From: Ignavibacteria bacterium
GTDB lineage: Bacteria > Bacteroidota > Ignavibacteria > Tepidaquicellales > OLB5
Direction of reading: 5' to 3'
DNA: 64,000 nucleotides
Assembly: GCA_030835025.1 (NCBI GenBank)
Contig: JAUQWS010000101.1
Location: forward strand, 14,097-78,096
The stretch's first letter is position 1; each line of letters begins with the position of its first letter. Positions 8,801-16,941 of the stretch are shown in pieces. The position numbers were made by a program, and so were the translations under genes. The notes below the pieces were generated by a model that was not told where the DNA came from, ran no database searches, and saw nothing but the letters and a program-made list of their open reading frames with translations.

Positions 8801-9655
8801 ATGGCAGAGATTTCGGTAATTATTGTAACCTGGAACAGTGAAGACGATCTGAGGGCTTGTGTTGATTCTGTAATACGCGCTTCCGGGAAACTGGATACCC
8901 AGCTTATAATCATAGATAATAACTCAACAGACAAGTCTTTTGAGATAGCCAACGGAATCAACCATCCGAAATTAACCACCATAAAGAATCAAACCAACTC
9001 GGGATACACCAAAGCAGTAAACCAGGGAATTTCACTCTCAACAGGCAATTATATCCTGCTTTTGAATCCCGATACTATTGTAAGTGAAGGCTGCCTGGAG
9101 AAACTCAATTCATTTCTCAAAGATAACCCTTCTTATGGTGCTGCTGCACCACTAATGCTGAATGAAGACGGCACAACGCAGCAATCTGTCAGAGACTTCC
9201 CGACTTACTGGCGTATGTTTTGCGAATTCAGCCTGCTTGCATATATTTTCCCAATATCTAAGACATTTGGTGGATGGAAAATGAAGTATATGGATTATTC
9301 AGCAGATAAGGATGTTCCCCAGCCTATGGCAGCAGGGCTGCTGATAAGGAAAGATGTTCTGAACAAGGCAGGCAATATGGATGAACGATTTGAGATGTTC
9401 TTTAACGATGTAGATCTCTGCAGGGATATTTATGATATCGGCTCCAGGATCAGGCTGCTTACCGGCGCCAAGATGATACACAAGCACGGGGCAAGCGTAA
9501 AGAAAGACCGGTCAAGAATGATAAAGATATGGAACAGGGATTGTTTGAAATACTTTGAAAAGCACCATAATAATGTATTCCTGCTTCTTTGGCTTAGGCT
9601 CAATCTCAAAATCGCCGGCATCATCCGGATTTTTTATTTCAATTTTCTCCAATAA
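8801..9655 (+). CDS. Glycosyltransferase family 2
   Basis: ISVIIVTWNSEDDL, IIDNNSTDKS and LLLNPD are typical GT2 N-terminal motifs. Confidence 0.85.
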   Translation: MAEISVIIVTWNSEDDLRACVDSVIRASGKLDTQLIIIDNNSTDKSFEIANGINHPKLTTIKNQTNSGYTKAVNQGISLSTGNYILLLNPDTIVSEGCLEKLNSFLKDNPSYGAAAPLMLNEDGTTQQSVRDFPTYWRMFCEFSLLAYIFPISKTFGGWKMKYMDYSADKDVPQPMAAGLLIRKDVLNKAGNMDERFEMFFNDVDLCRDIYDIGSRIRLLTGAKMIHKHGASVKKDRSRMIKIWNRDCLKYFEKHHNNVFLLLWLRLNLKIAGIIRIFYFNFLQ

Positions 9656-9801
9656 TTTCATCCTGATTTTTGCTATGACTTTAAGCAGAATCAATAAACT
9701 TTAAAATATGCCGAATGGTATTACACAATTTTCAAATATGAAATCGTAAGCCCGGTTTCCAGATTACGGCTTAAGAACGTTTATTTCAAAACATAGTTAA
9801 G

Positions 9802-9809
9802 TATATTTG
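9802..9809 (+). promoter_or_regulatory. TATATTTG -7 box
   Basis: It matches TAnnTTTG and lies 17 nt upstream of ATG 9827. Confidence 0.4.
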
Positions 9810-9826
9810 TATAGAAATTAACAATT

Positions 9827-10693
9827 ATGAATAAATTCAAAGTCTCGCTGGCACAAATCAGTCCCGTACTGGGAGATATTGACCGCAACATAAAGAAGCA
9901 TATTCAGTACATTGATAAAGCTGTAAAGAAAAAGGCTGACATGGTCATTTTCCCAGAGCTTTCGCTGACGGGATATACCGTCAAAGATCTTAACATGGAG
10001 CTGGCATTGAACCCTTATACAAGCCAGGTACTGAAGCCGCTCAGGGAAAAATCGAAGAAAATAACCATAGTCTGCGGCGGAATTGAAGAAGATGATAATT
10101 ACGGAATCTTCAATTCAGCTTTTTACATAGAAGACGGAGCAGTAAAGTTCACGCATAAGAAAGTATATCCGCCTGATTACGGAATGTTCGAGGAGATACG
10201 CTATTTCTCCAGGGGCAAGCAGGCTGATATCCATGATACTAAATTCGGCAAGCTGGGAATACTGGTCTGCGAAGACCTTTGGCATATATCACTCCCCTTG
10301 CTTCAGGCTTTGAAAGGAGCGAAGGTAATAATCGGTATCGCATGCTCACCCACAAGGCTTGCTTTGAATTCTAAATCCAAAATACTTAAGAATTACACCA
10401 TAAACTCCGAGCAGCACAGGGCATATTGCAGATTGCTTTCGTTATATATGGTATTCTGCAACCGAGTTGGTTATGAAGACGGCGTAAATTTCTGGGGCGG
10501 CTCAGAAATTGTAGATCCGTTTGGTGTTGTTGATAAATGCGCCAGGTTCTTTGATGAAGATATGATCATTTCAGATATCAATATGAATTCGGTCAAGCGG
10601 GCAAGGCAGCTCGCAAGGCATTTCCTTGATGAAGATGTTAATTTCCTTAAGAACGAGGTGAAGCTTCTGAATGATGAGCTTGAAAAGCTTTAA
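9827..10693 (+). CDS. Carbon-nitrogen hydrolase (nitrilase superfamily)
   Basis: The Glu-Lys-Cys triad contexts FPELSLTGY, HKKVY and LVCEDLWH are present. Confidence 0.85.
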   Translation: MNKFKVSLAQISPVLGDIDRNIKKHIQYIDKAVKKKADMVIFPELSLTGYTVKDLNMELALNPYTSQVLKPLREKSKKITIVCGGIEEDDNYGIFNSAFYIEDGAVKFTHKKVYPPDYGMFEEIRYFSRGKQADIHDTKFGKLGILVCEDLWHISLPLLQALKGAKVIIGIACSPTRLALNSKSKILKNYTINSEQHRAYCRLLSLYMVFCNRVGYEDGVNFWGGSEIVDPFGVVDKCARFFDEDMIISDINMNSVKRARQLARHFLDEDVNFLKNEVKLLNDELEKL

Positions 10694-10703
10694 TTCAGAA
10701 GTA

Positions 10704-11942
10704 TTACTTCACGAGTATCATTTTTCTTGTCATTGAAAATCCCTTGCCCGTATTGGCCTGAATATCTTCATAAAAAAGGGTATAGAAATATATACCGCTT
10801 GGATATTCTTCTGCATCCCATTCGGTTTCATAAACTCCTGCCTGAAGCTTTTCACTTACAGGAGATGATACTTCCTTTCCGTTAATATCGTAAATCACAA
10901 TACTTACATTGGCTGCTGATTTCAGTTGAAACCTGATTGTTGTAGAAGGGTTAAACGGATTCGGATAATTCTGCAGCAACTCAAAGTTCTCAGGTACTTC
11001 AGATGATATTTGATGAATACCAATTCCACCGCTTATGGTCCTTAAAATCATTCCCTGCTGCCCTGCTGCAGTACCGGTTTGAGTATCTGAAAAAGAAATA
11101 GAGTAAAGATCACCCGTGAAACTGATCTGCTGAAGGTTCCATGTTAAACCTGCATCTGTTGATCTTGTTATGACACCAGTACCGCAGGCATAAGCAATAT
11201 TTGCATCGGCAAACTGAACTGCAAACAGATTGTTTGATGTCCCTGAAGCACTCAGCACCCAATTTGTTCCCCCGTTTGTTGTTCTAAGTATCTTTCCGCC
11301 GTACCCGGCTACAAGTCCGGTATTTGCGTTTTTGAAATATACCGCGCGCAGTTCAGTTGAATGCCCGCTTGATTGCTGGACCCAGTTAGTGCCGGCGTTT
11401 GAAGTATGCAGAATTGTACCCCCGAAGCCTGTTATGTAACCAACATCCGGTGTTATAAAATGAACGCCGGTAAGCTCAACTGCAACATTGCCGTTTTGTT
11501 CCGTCCAGTTCTGTCCGGCATTATTTGTTCTTATTATTTTTCCGTTAAGTCCGGTTGCAGTTCCTGAATTCGCATTAACAAAATCAATATGAACAAGCGT
11601 TGTAGTATTTGCGCCGCTAACATTTAACCAGTTAATTCCGCCGTTTGTCGTGCGCAGAATGATGCCAAGCTCGCCGGCTGTAAATGCAGTATTAGGGTCC
11701 ACGGCCGTAATGCTGCGAAGAAAGCTATTAGTTCCGGAGATAATTTGATTCCAATTCAAACCGCCATTTGTAGTCTTAAGGATGATGCCGTTTATTCCGC
11801 ATACATAACCTGTATTCGCATCTGCAAACGAAACACCCAGAAGTGTCTGACCGGTGCCGCTGGGCTGCTGGTTCCAGCCTGACTGAGTGAACAGACTGCA
11901 CGTAAACAACATGAATGCCGCCAATACTATCACTGCTCTCAT
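10704..11942 (-). CDS. Ycf48/BNR-like beta-propeller protein with T9SS C-terminal sorting domain
   Basis: Seven ~40-aa blades repeat I(L/I)(K/R)TTNGG.NW. The C-terminus is NYPNPFNPSTTIRFQL...GIYFYTL...KMILVK. A signal peptide is present. Confidence 0.8.
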   Translation of the reverse strand: MRAVIVLAAFMLFTCSLFTQSGWNQQPSGTGQTLLGVSFADANTGYVCGINGIILKTTNGGLNWNQIISGTNSFLRSITAVDPNTAFTAGELGIILRTTNGGINWLNVSGANTTTLVHIDFVNANSGTATGLNGKIIRTNNAGQNWTEQNGNVAVELTGVHFITPDVGYITGFGGTILHTSNAGTNWVQQSSGHSTELRAVYFKNANTGLVAGYGGKILRTTNGGTNWVLSASGTSNNLFAVQFADANIAYACGTGVITRSTDAGLTWNLQQISFTGDLYSISFSDTQTGTAAGQQGMILRTISGGIGIHQISSEVPENFELLQNYPNPFNPSTTIRFQLKSAANVSIVIYDINGKEVSSPVSEKLQAGVYETEWDAEEYPSGIYFYTLFYEDIQANTGKGFSMTRKMILVK

Positions 11943-12034
11943 TTTTTTATGGTTAATTGGTAATCAACCCGATTAAACATATAGATGCTGTGGAAGTTGA
12001 AAGGGTTTCATTCCGAAAAAACAAAAACAACGCT

Positions 12035-15000
12035 TTAGCCCAGCACTTTCTTAAGGAATTTTCCTGTAAACGATCTACTGCTTTTCGAAATTTCCTCGGG
12101 CGTTCCCTTGACGACAACTTCACCTCCCTTATCACCGCTATCGGGACCCAGATCAATAATGTAATCCGCGCACTTTATCACTTCAAGATTATGCTCAACA
12201 ACTACAACAGAATTCCCTTTTGCGATGAGTTCATTAAAACACTTCAGAAGCTTTGCAATATCGTGCAGGTGAAGCCCTGTAGTTGGCTCATCAAATATGA
12301 AAAGTGTTTTTTCACCAGCAGTTTGGAACGAGAGGTGATAAGCCAGCTTTATTCTTTGCGCTTCGCCGCCTGAAAGTGTTGTTGCAGATTGTCCAAGCCT
12401 TAAGTATCCAAGTCCAACCTCATTAAGTATACTTAGCTTTGCAGTTATTCTGGGATAATCTTTAAAGAACTCGATCGCCTCGGTTATACTTAGCTGAAGT
12501 ACGTCACTTATGTTCTTTCCCTTATACTCAGCCTCCAGGACTTCGCTCTTATACCTCTTCCCTTTGCAGACGTCACACTCAAGATAAATATCTGCCATGA
12601 ACTGCATAGCTATTTTTATGACTCCCGACCCTTCGCAGGTTTCGCACCTTCCACCGGGTACGTTAAAGGAGAAGCTTCCTGCTGTAAATGACCTGAGTTT
12701 TGATGCCGGAAGCGAGCCATAAAGGTCCCGTATAAGGTCGAAAATCTTCATATAAGTTACCGGGTTTGATCTCGGCGAACGGCCTATCGGAGTCTGGTCA
12801 ACCAGCTCAATTGCATTAATATTCTGGTGTCCGCGAATTTCTCTGTACTGCCCTATTTTTTCATTGTAAATGCCTTCAAGCCTTTTCTTGAGTGCACCGT
12901 AAAGTATATCACTTATCAGGGTTGATTTCCCCGAACCGCTGACTCCAGTAATGCATACAAATATTCCAAGGGGAATATCAACATCAACATCTTTCAGATT
13001 ATTTTCAGATGCTCCGCGGATTGAAATTACATGGCCGTTGACTGCTCTTCTTCTGGCAGGCGTATCTATCTTCAGTTTGCCTGTCAGGTATTTTGCAGTC
13101 AGCGAGTTCACTGCTTTTTTGATATCTTTATGACTGCCTGAGAATATTACTTCTCCGCCGTACTCGCCTGCTTTGGGTCCGATATCAATTATATGGTCAC
13201 TGGCGTTGATCATGTCAGGGTCATGCTCAACTACAATAACCGAGTTGCCTATATCCCTTAGTGATTTCAATATCCTTATAAGCCTGTCATTATCTCTTGG
13301 GTGAAGTCCAACACTGGGCTCGTCAAGTACATAGATCGAACCCACCAGTGATGAGCCGAGCGAAGTTGCAAGGTTTATCCTCTGGCTTTCGCCGCCCGAG
13401 AGCGTGCTTGTTAAACGGTCAAGGGTCAGATAGCCCAGGCCTACTTCATAGAGATAAGTCAGCCTGTTTTTGATCTCTTCAAGTATCCTGCCGGCAATAT
13501 CATGCTCCTGTTTGGGGAGCTTTATATCTTTGAAAAAGAAAAAAAGCTGTTCAATATTGCTTTGTACAAGGTCTTTGATAGTCTTATTCTGGAATTTCAC
13601 ATAAAGTGATTCCTTGCGAAGCCTTGAACCGCCGCACTCTGTGCACTTTGTGTAGGCACGGTATCGGCTGAGCAAAACCCTGTAATGTATCTTATATGCA
13701 GCCTCGCGCTCAACCATTCTGAAGAACTTGTTTATCCCGATGTAATCACCCATTCCTTTGAAAACCTTCTCAACCTCATCTTTAGTAAGATCTTTGAAAG
13801 GAACGTGAACCCGAAGGTTATTTTTCTTCCCCTCAAAGATCAGGTCGCTTAAATGCTTGCTGTGTTTGGGAGTAGAAAACGGATGAATGGCATTCTGAAA
13901 AATTGATTTATTCTTATCGGGAATTATGAGGTCTTCATCAATATCAATTGTCTCGCCGAATCCCTGGCACTTAGGGCACGCCCCGATGGGATTATTGAAT
14001 GAGAACATCAGCGGTTCAGGTTCTTCAAACCTGATGCCGTCAGCTTCCAGGTGCATATTAAATGAAGTCAATGTAAATTCCCCTCTTTTAAGAGCGGTGG
14101 CTCCTCCTTTGGAGGAGACGGGGTGTGCTTTATTTTCTAATCCCCCTTTATCCCCCTTTACAAGGAGGACTTCTTTTGAAGGCGGCTCAACAAGAAGGAA
14201 TAGGTACCCCTCACCTTCTACATAAGCCTGCTCAAGCGAACCGGATATTCTCTGGATCATTTCATCATCATCCTTAACATAAACCATTCTGTCAACTACA
14301 ACCTTTATATCTGCAAGCCTGATCTTCTTTTCATCATAACCCTGGTTCAGGTCTATAATTTCTTTGCCGTTCCATATCCTGAAGAATCCTTTCTGTATCA
14401 GATTCTCAAGTTCCTGTTTAACTGTTTTGGATTCATGTGCGTGTACCGGAAAGAGAATATATAGCCTAGATCTGTCTTCAAGCCGGCTGATGAATTTCAA
14501 AATTTCTTCAATGCTGTCGCGCTTAACTTCTTTGCCTGATACAGGGCTGTAAGTTTTTCCCGCTCTTGCAAAAAGCAGGCGCAGGTAATCATAAATTTCT
14601 GTAGTTGTTCCTACAGTGCTCCTTGGATTGCGTGTAGAGGTCTTGACTTCAATTGCCATAGATGGAGCCAGTCCCGTTATTGAATCAACATCCGGCTTAT
14701 TTATCCTTTCAAGGAACTGCCTGGCGTAAGAGGACATGCTTTCAATGTACCTTCTCTGCCCTTCGGCATATATGGTATCAAAAACAAGAGAGGTTTTGCC
14801 TGACCCGCTGAGACCTGTTACCACAACAAACTTGTTGTGCGGAATCTCCACATCAATATTTTTCAGATTATTGACGCGGGCACCTTTGACAATTATCGAA
14901 TCCCCGCGAAGGCGGGGATCTCTATTTACATCTGACACAGATTTTTTGGATTTTCGGGTATTCCTGCCAGAATTCTTATTTATTGAAAGATTTCCTGAAG

Positions 15001-15049
15001 GGCTCTTGGAAATTACTTTGCTTGCTTTTATTGCTGCTTTTCGGGGCAT
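12035..15049 (-). CDS. uvrA: Excinuclease ABC subunit A
   Basis: Two ABC modules are present (GLSGSGKTSL, GVSGSGKSTL; LSGGESQR, LSGGEAQR). The LFSFNNP.GACP.C motif and the C-terminal CxxC...CxxC zinc module are also present. Confidence 0.95.
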   Translation of the reverse strand: MPRKAAIKASKVISKSPSGNLSINKNSGRNTRKSKKSVSDVNRDPRLRGDSIIVKGARVNNLKNIDVEIPHNKFVVVTGLSGSGKTSLVFDTIYAEGQRRYIESMSSYARQFLERINKPDVDSITGLAPSMAIEVKTSTRNPRSTVGTTTEIYDYLRLLFARAGKTYSPVSGKEVKRDSIEEILKFISRLEDRSRLYILFPVHAHESKTVKQELENLIQKGFFRIWNGKEIIDLNQGYDEKKIRLADIKVVVDRMVYVKDDDEMIQRISGSLEQAYVEGEGYLFLLVEPPSKEVLLVKGDKGGLENKAHPVSSKGGATALKRGEFTLTSFNMHLEADGIRFEEPEPLMFSFNNPIGACPKCQGFGETIDIDEDLIIPDKNKSIFQNAIHPFSTPKHSKHLSDLIFEGKKNNLRVHVPFKDLTKDEVEKVFKGMGDYIGINKFFRMVEREAAYKIHYRVLLSRYRAYTKCTECGGSRLRKESLYVKFQNKTIKDLVQSNIEQLFFFFKDIKLPKQEHDIAGRILEEIKNRLTYLYEVGLGYLTLDRLTSTLSGGESQRINLATSLGSSLVGSIYVLDEPSVGLHPRDNDRLIRILKSLRDIGNSVIVVEHDPDMINASDHIIDIGPKAGEYGGEVIFSGSHKDIKKAVNSLTAKYLTGKLKIDTPARRRAVNGHVISIRGASENNLKDVDVDIPLGIFVCITGVSGSGKSTLISDILYGALKKRLEGIYNEKIGQYREIRGHQNINAIELVDQTPIGRSPRSNPVTYMKIFDLIRDLYGSLPASKLRSFTAGSFSFNVPGGRCETCEGSGVIKIAMQFMADIYLECDVCKGKRYKSEVLEAEYKGKNISDVLQLSITEAIEFFKDYPRITAKLSILNEVGLGYLRLGQSATTLSGGEAQRIKLAYHLSFQTAGEKTLFIFDEPTTGLHLHDIAKLLKCFNELIAKGNSVVVVEHNLEVIKCADYIIDLGPDSGDKGGEVVVKGTPEEISKSSRSFTGKFLKKVLG

Positions 15050-15273
15050 TTAGAATTGGTTTAACTTCAAAAATCGCCATAAAATAGCATATATGAAATG
15101 ATAAAAAAGCGTACAGGACTCAGATCCTATTCTGTAGAACGGTCAATCTTTCGTGTTATGGAAGAATATTTCGGAAAATTGCATTTTTCTCAAAATTTCC
15201 TCGACTGATAAATATCATAAATGTAAATCAAAAACCCGCTTAATAATCATAGAATTTTATGCCTCAAGTCCGT

Positions 15274-15281
15274 TATATTTG
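15274..15281 (+). promoter_or_regulatory. TATATTTG -7 box upstream of rpsF
   Basis: It matches TAnnTTTG and lies 95 nt upstream of ATG 15377. Confidence 0.4.
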
Positions 15282-15376
15282 CAATAGATGCTGAAATTCT
15301 TCAAAAATCACAGTTTAGTGTCTTGAAAATTATCACTGTTAAAGCTATATTAGTAGCTAATTCATAATATAACTAA

Positions 15377-15811
15377 ATGAGCAAAAAGGCACATAATTAT
15401 TACGAAACGACTTTTATAGTTGATTCGATATTTGAAGACGAGCGCGTTGATTCCATAGTCAACAAGTACACCAATTTTTTCAAGAAAAACGGGGCAGAAG
15501 TATTAAAAACCGAAAAATGGGGCAGAAGGAAACTTGCTTACCAGATAAAGAGGAAACCTACAGGTTCCTATGTATCAATTGAGTTTACCGGCGACCCCGC
15601 GGTTATTGCCAAGCTTGAAAGAGCATACCATCTTGATGATGATATATTAAGATTCCTGACTGTTTCTTTCGACAAAAAAACACTGGAGGACAGGAACGTT
15701 TATCTTATCAAAAAGGAACAAATTCTAAAAGAAAGAGCCGAAGCAGCAGCTGCGGCTCAGCAGCAATCAGCCGAAGCGGATAAAGCAGCTGACGCTAAGC
15801 CAACTGAGTAA
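15377..15811 (+). CDS. rpsF: 30S ribosomal protein S6 with Ala/Gln-rich C-terminal tail
   Basis: YETTFIV...WGRRKLAYQI is the classic S6 pattern, and the synteny with ssb and rplI fits. Confidence 0.9.
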   Translation: MSKKAHNYYETTFIVDSIFEDERVDSIVNKYTNFFKKNGAEVLKTEKWGRRKLAYQIKRKPTGSYVSIEFTGDPAVIAKLERAYHLDDDILRFLTVSFDKKTLEDRNVYLIKKEQILKERAEAAAAAQQQSAEADKAADAKPTE

Positions 15812-15864
15812 ATAAGTTTAGTCAACAATTATCAATTAACTGGAAACTATCGGAGGAACATGCA

Positions 15865-16326
15865 ATGGCTGATCTAAAGATGCCCGAATTAAACTCGGTA
15901 ATTATTGCCGGGAACCTGACTAAAGACCCAATCTTCAGACAAACAACAAACGGTACACCGGTTGTGAATTTCTCTGTTGCCAGTAACAGGAGATACAGAG
16001 ACAGCAAAGATGAGTGGCAGGAGGATGTTTGTTATGTTGGCATTGTTGCATGGAACAAGCTTGCAGAAAGCTGCAGAGATAAACTTAAAAAAGGAAATGC
16101 AGTACTTGTTGAAGGTGAGCTTCAGTCAAGGACTTTTAAGACCGAAAAAGGCGACAGCAAAACAATTGTTGAGATAAAAGCCAGAAGGATACAGTTCCTT
16201 AACAAAAAAGGCACAGGTGTTGCAGAGCATCACGATGAGCCTACAACTTTTGAGGATGATTCTTTTGAAAAACACTTAACACCCGAAGATACGGCACTGC
16301 TTGGCGATATTGCGCCGCACGAATAA
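15865..16326 (+). CDS. ssb: Single-stranded DNA-binding protein (non-canonical C-terminal tip)
   Basis: The OB-fold strings are NSVIIAGNLTKDP...VVNFSVA...VEGELQSRTF. An acidic tail is present but ends in ...GDIAPHE rather than D-D-D-(I/L)-P-F. Confidence 0.85.
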   Translation: MADLKMPELNSVIIAGNLTKDPIFRQTTNGTPVVNFSVASNRRYRDSKDEWQEDVCYVGIVAWNKLAESCRDKLKKGNAVLVEGELQSRTFKTEKGDSKTIVEIKARRIQFLNKKGTGVAEHHDEPTTFEDDSFEKHLTPEDTALLGDIAPHE

Positions 16327-16386
16327 AAAGAATTAAAAATGAAGCACAGGGCCTGTTGGAACTGTGCTTTACGCTAAATATACATA

Positions 16387-16836
16387 ATGAAAATAATATT
16401 AAAAAAAGATCACGACAAATTAGGTAAAACCGGTGAAGTAGTTAATGTTAAAGACGGCTTTGCAATGAATTACCTTATCCCGAACGGCGTTGCCATGAAG
16501 GCAACCGACAGCAACATGAAAGTCCTGGACGAGATAAAAAAACAGCAGGCTAAGAAATTTGAAAAAGAAATTGCCGAAGCCCAGAAGCTTGCAGGCGATC
16601 TTTCAGGTGTTCAGCTTGAGATCAGAGCAAAAGCAGCCGATGACATTAAGCTCTTCGGTTCAGTCACTAGCGGAACGATTTCGGAAGCACTTATACATAA
16701 AGGATTCACTATAGACAAAAGAAATATACTGCTTGAAGAGCCCATAAAAGAACTGGGTTCAAGAACAGTAGAGATCAAGCTTGCAGGAAACGTTATGGCG
16801 CAAGTCAATGTTTCCGTAGTTAAAGACGAAGCATAA
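16387..16836 (+). CDS. rplI: 50S ribosomal protein L9
   Basis: MKIILKKD...LGKTGEVVNVKDGFAMNYLIP is the canonical L9 N-terminus. Confidence 0.9.
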   Translation: MKIILKKDHDKLGKTGEVVNVKDGFAMNYLIPNGVAMKATDSNMKVLDEIKKQQAKKFEKEIAEAQKLAGDLSGVQLEIRAKAADDIKLFGSVTSGTISEALIHKGFTIDKRNILLEEPIKELGSRTVEIKLAGNVMAQVNVSVVKDEA

Positions 16837-16902
16837 AAGCTCTGGTGAGCTGCTGCTTTAAAGACTAAAATGCAAATGCTTGCCGGGTTTTAAGCTCCAT
16901 CT

Positions 16903-16910
16903 TAAGTTTG
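16903..16910 (+). promoter_or_regulatory. TAAGTTTG -7 box upstream of korA-type gene
   Basis: It matches TAnnTTTG and lies 31 nt upstream of ATG 16942. A GGAG Shine-Dalgarno-like element sits in between. Confidence 0.4.
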
Positions 16911-16941
16911 TTCATTTCTTTAGGAGCGAAAAAATAAAAAA

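Noticed and set aside
14141-14160. Tandem 10-mer tcccccttta x2 inside uvrA
   Set aside because: It is a two-copy repeat in frame (encoding part of KGDKGG). It probably reflects a small duplication in a variable loop and is not a separate element. It is noted under the UvrA finding only.
16327-16386. A hidden rpsR (S18) gene between ssb and rplI
   Set aside because: The gap is only 60 nt. The only ATG-initiated frame encodes 11 residues (MKHRACWNCALR), and no ORF in any frame resembles S18.
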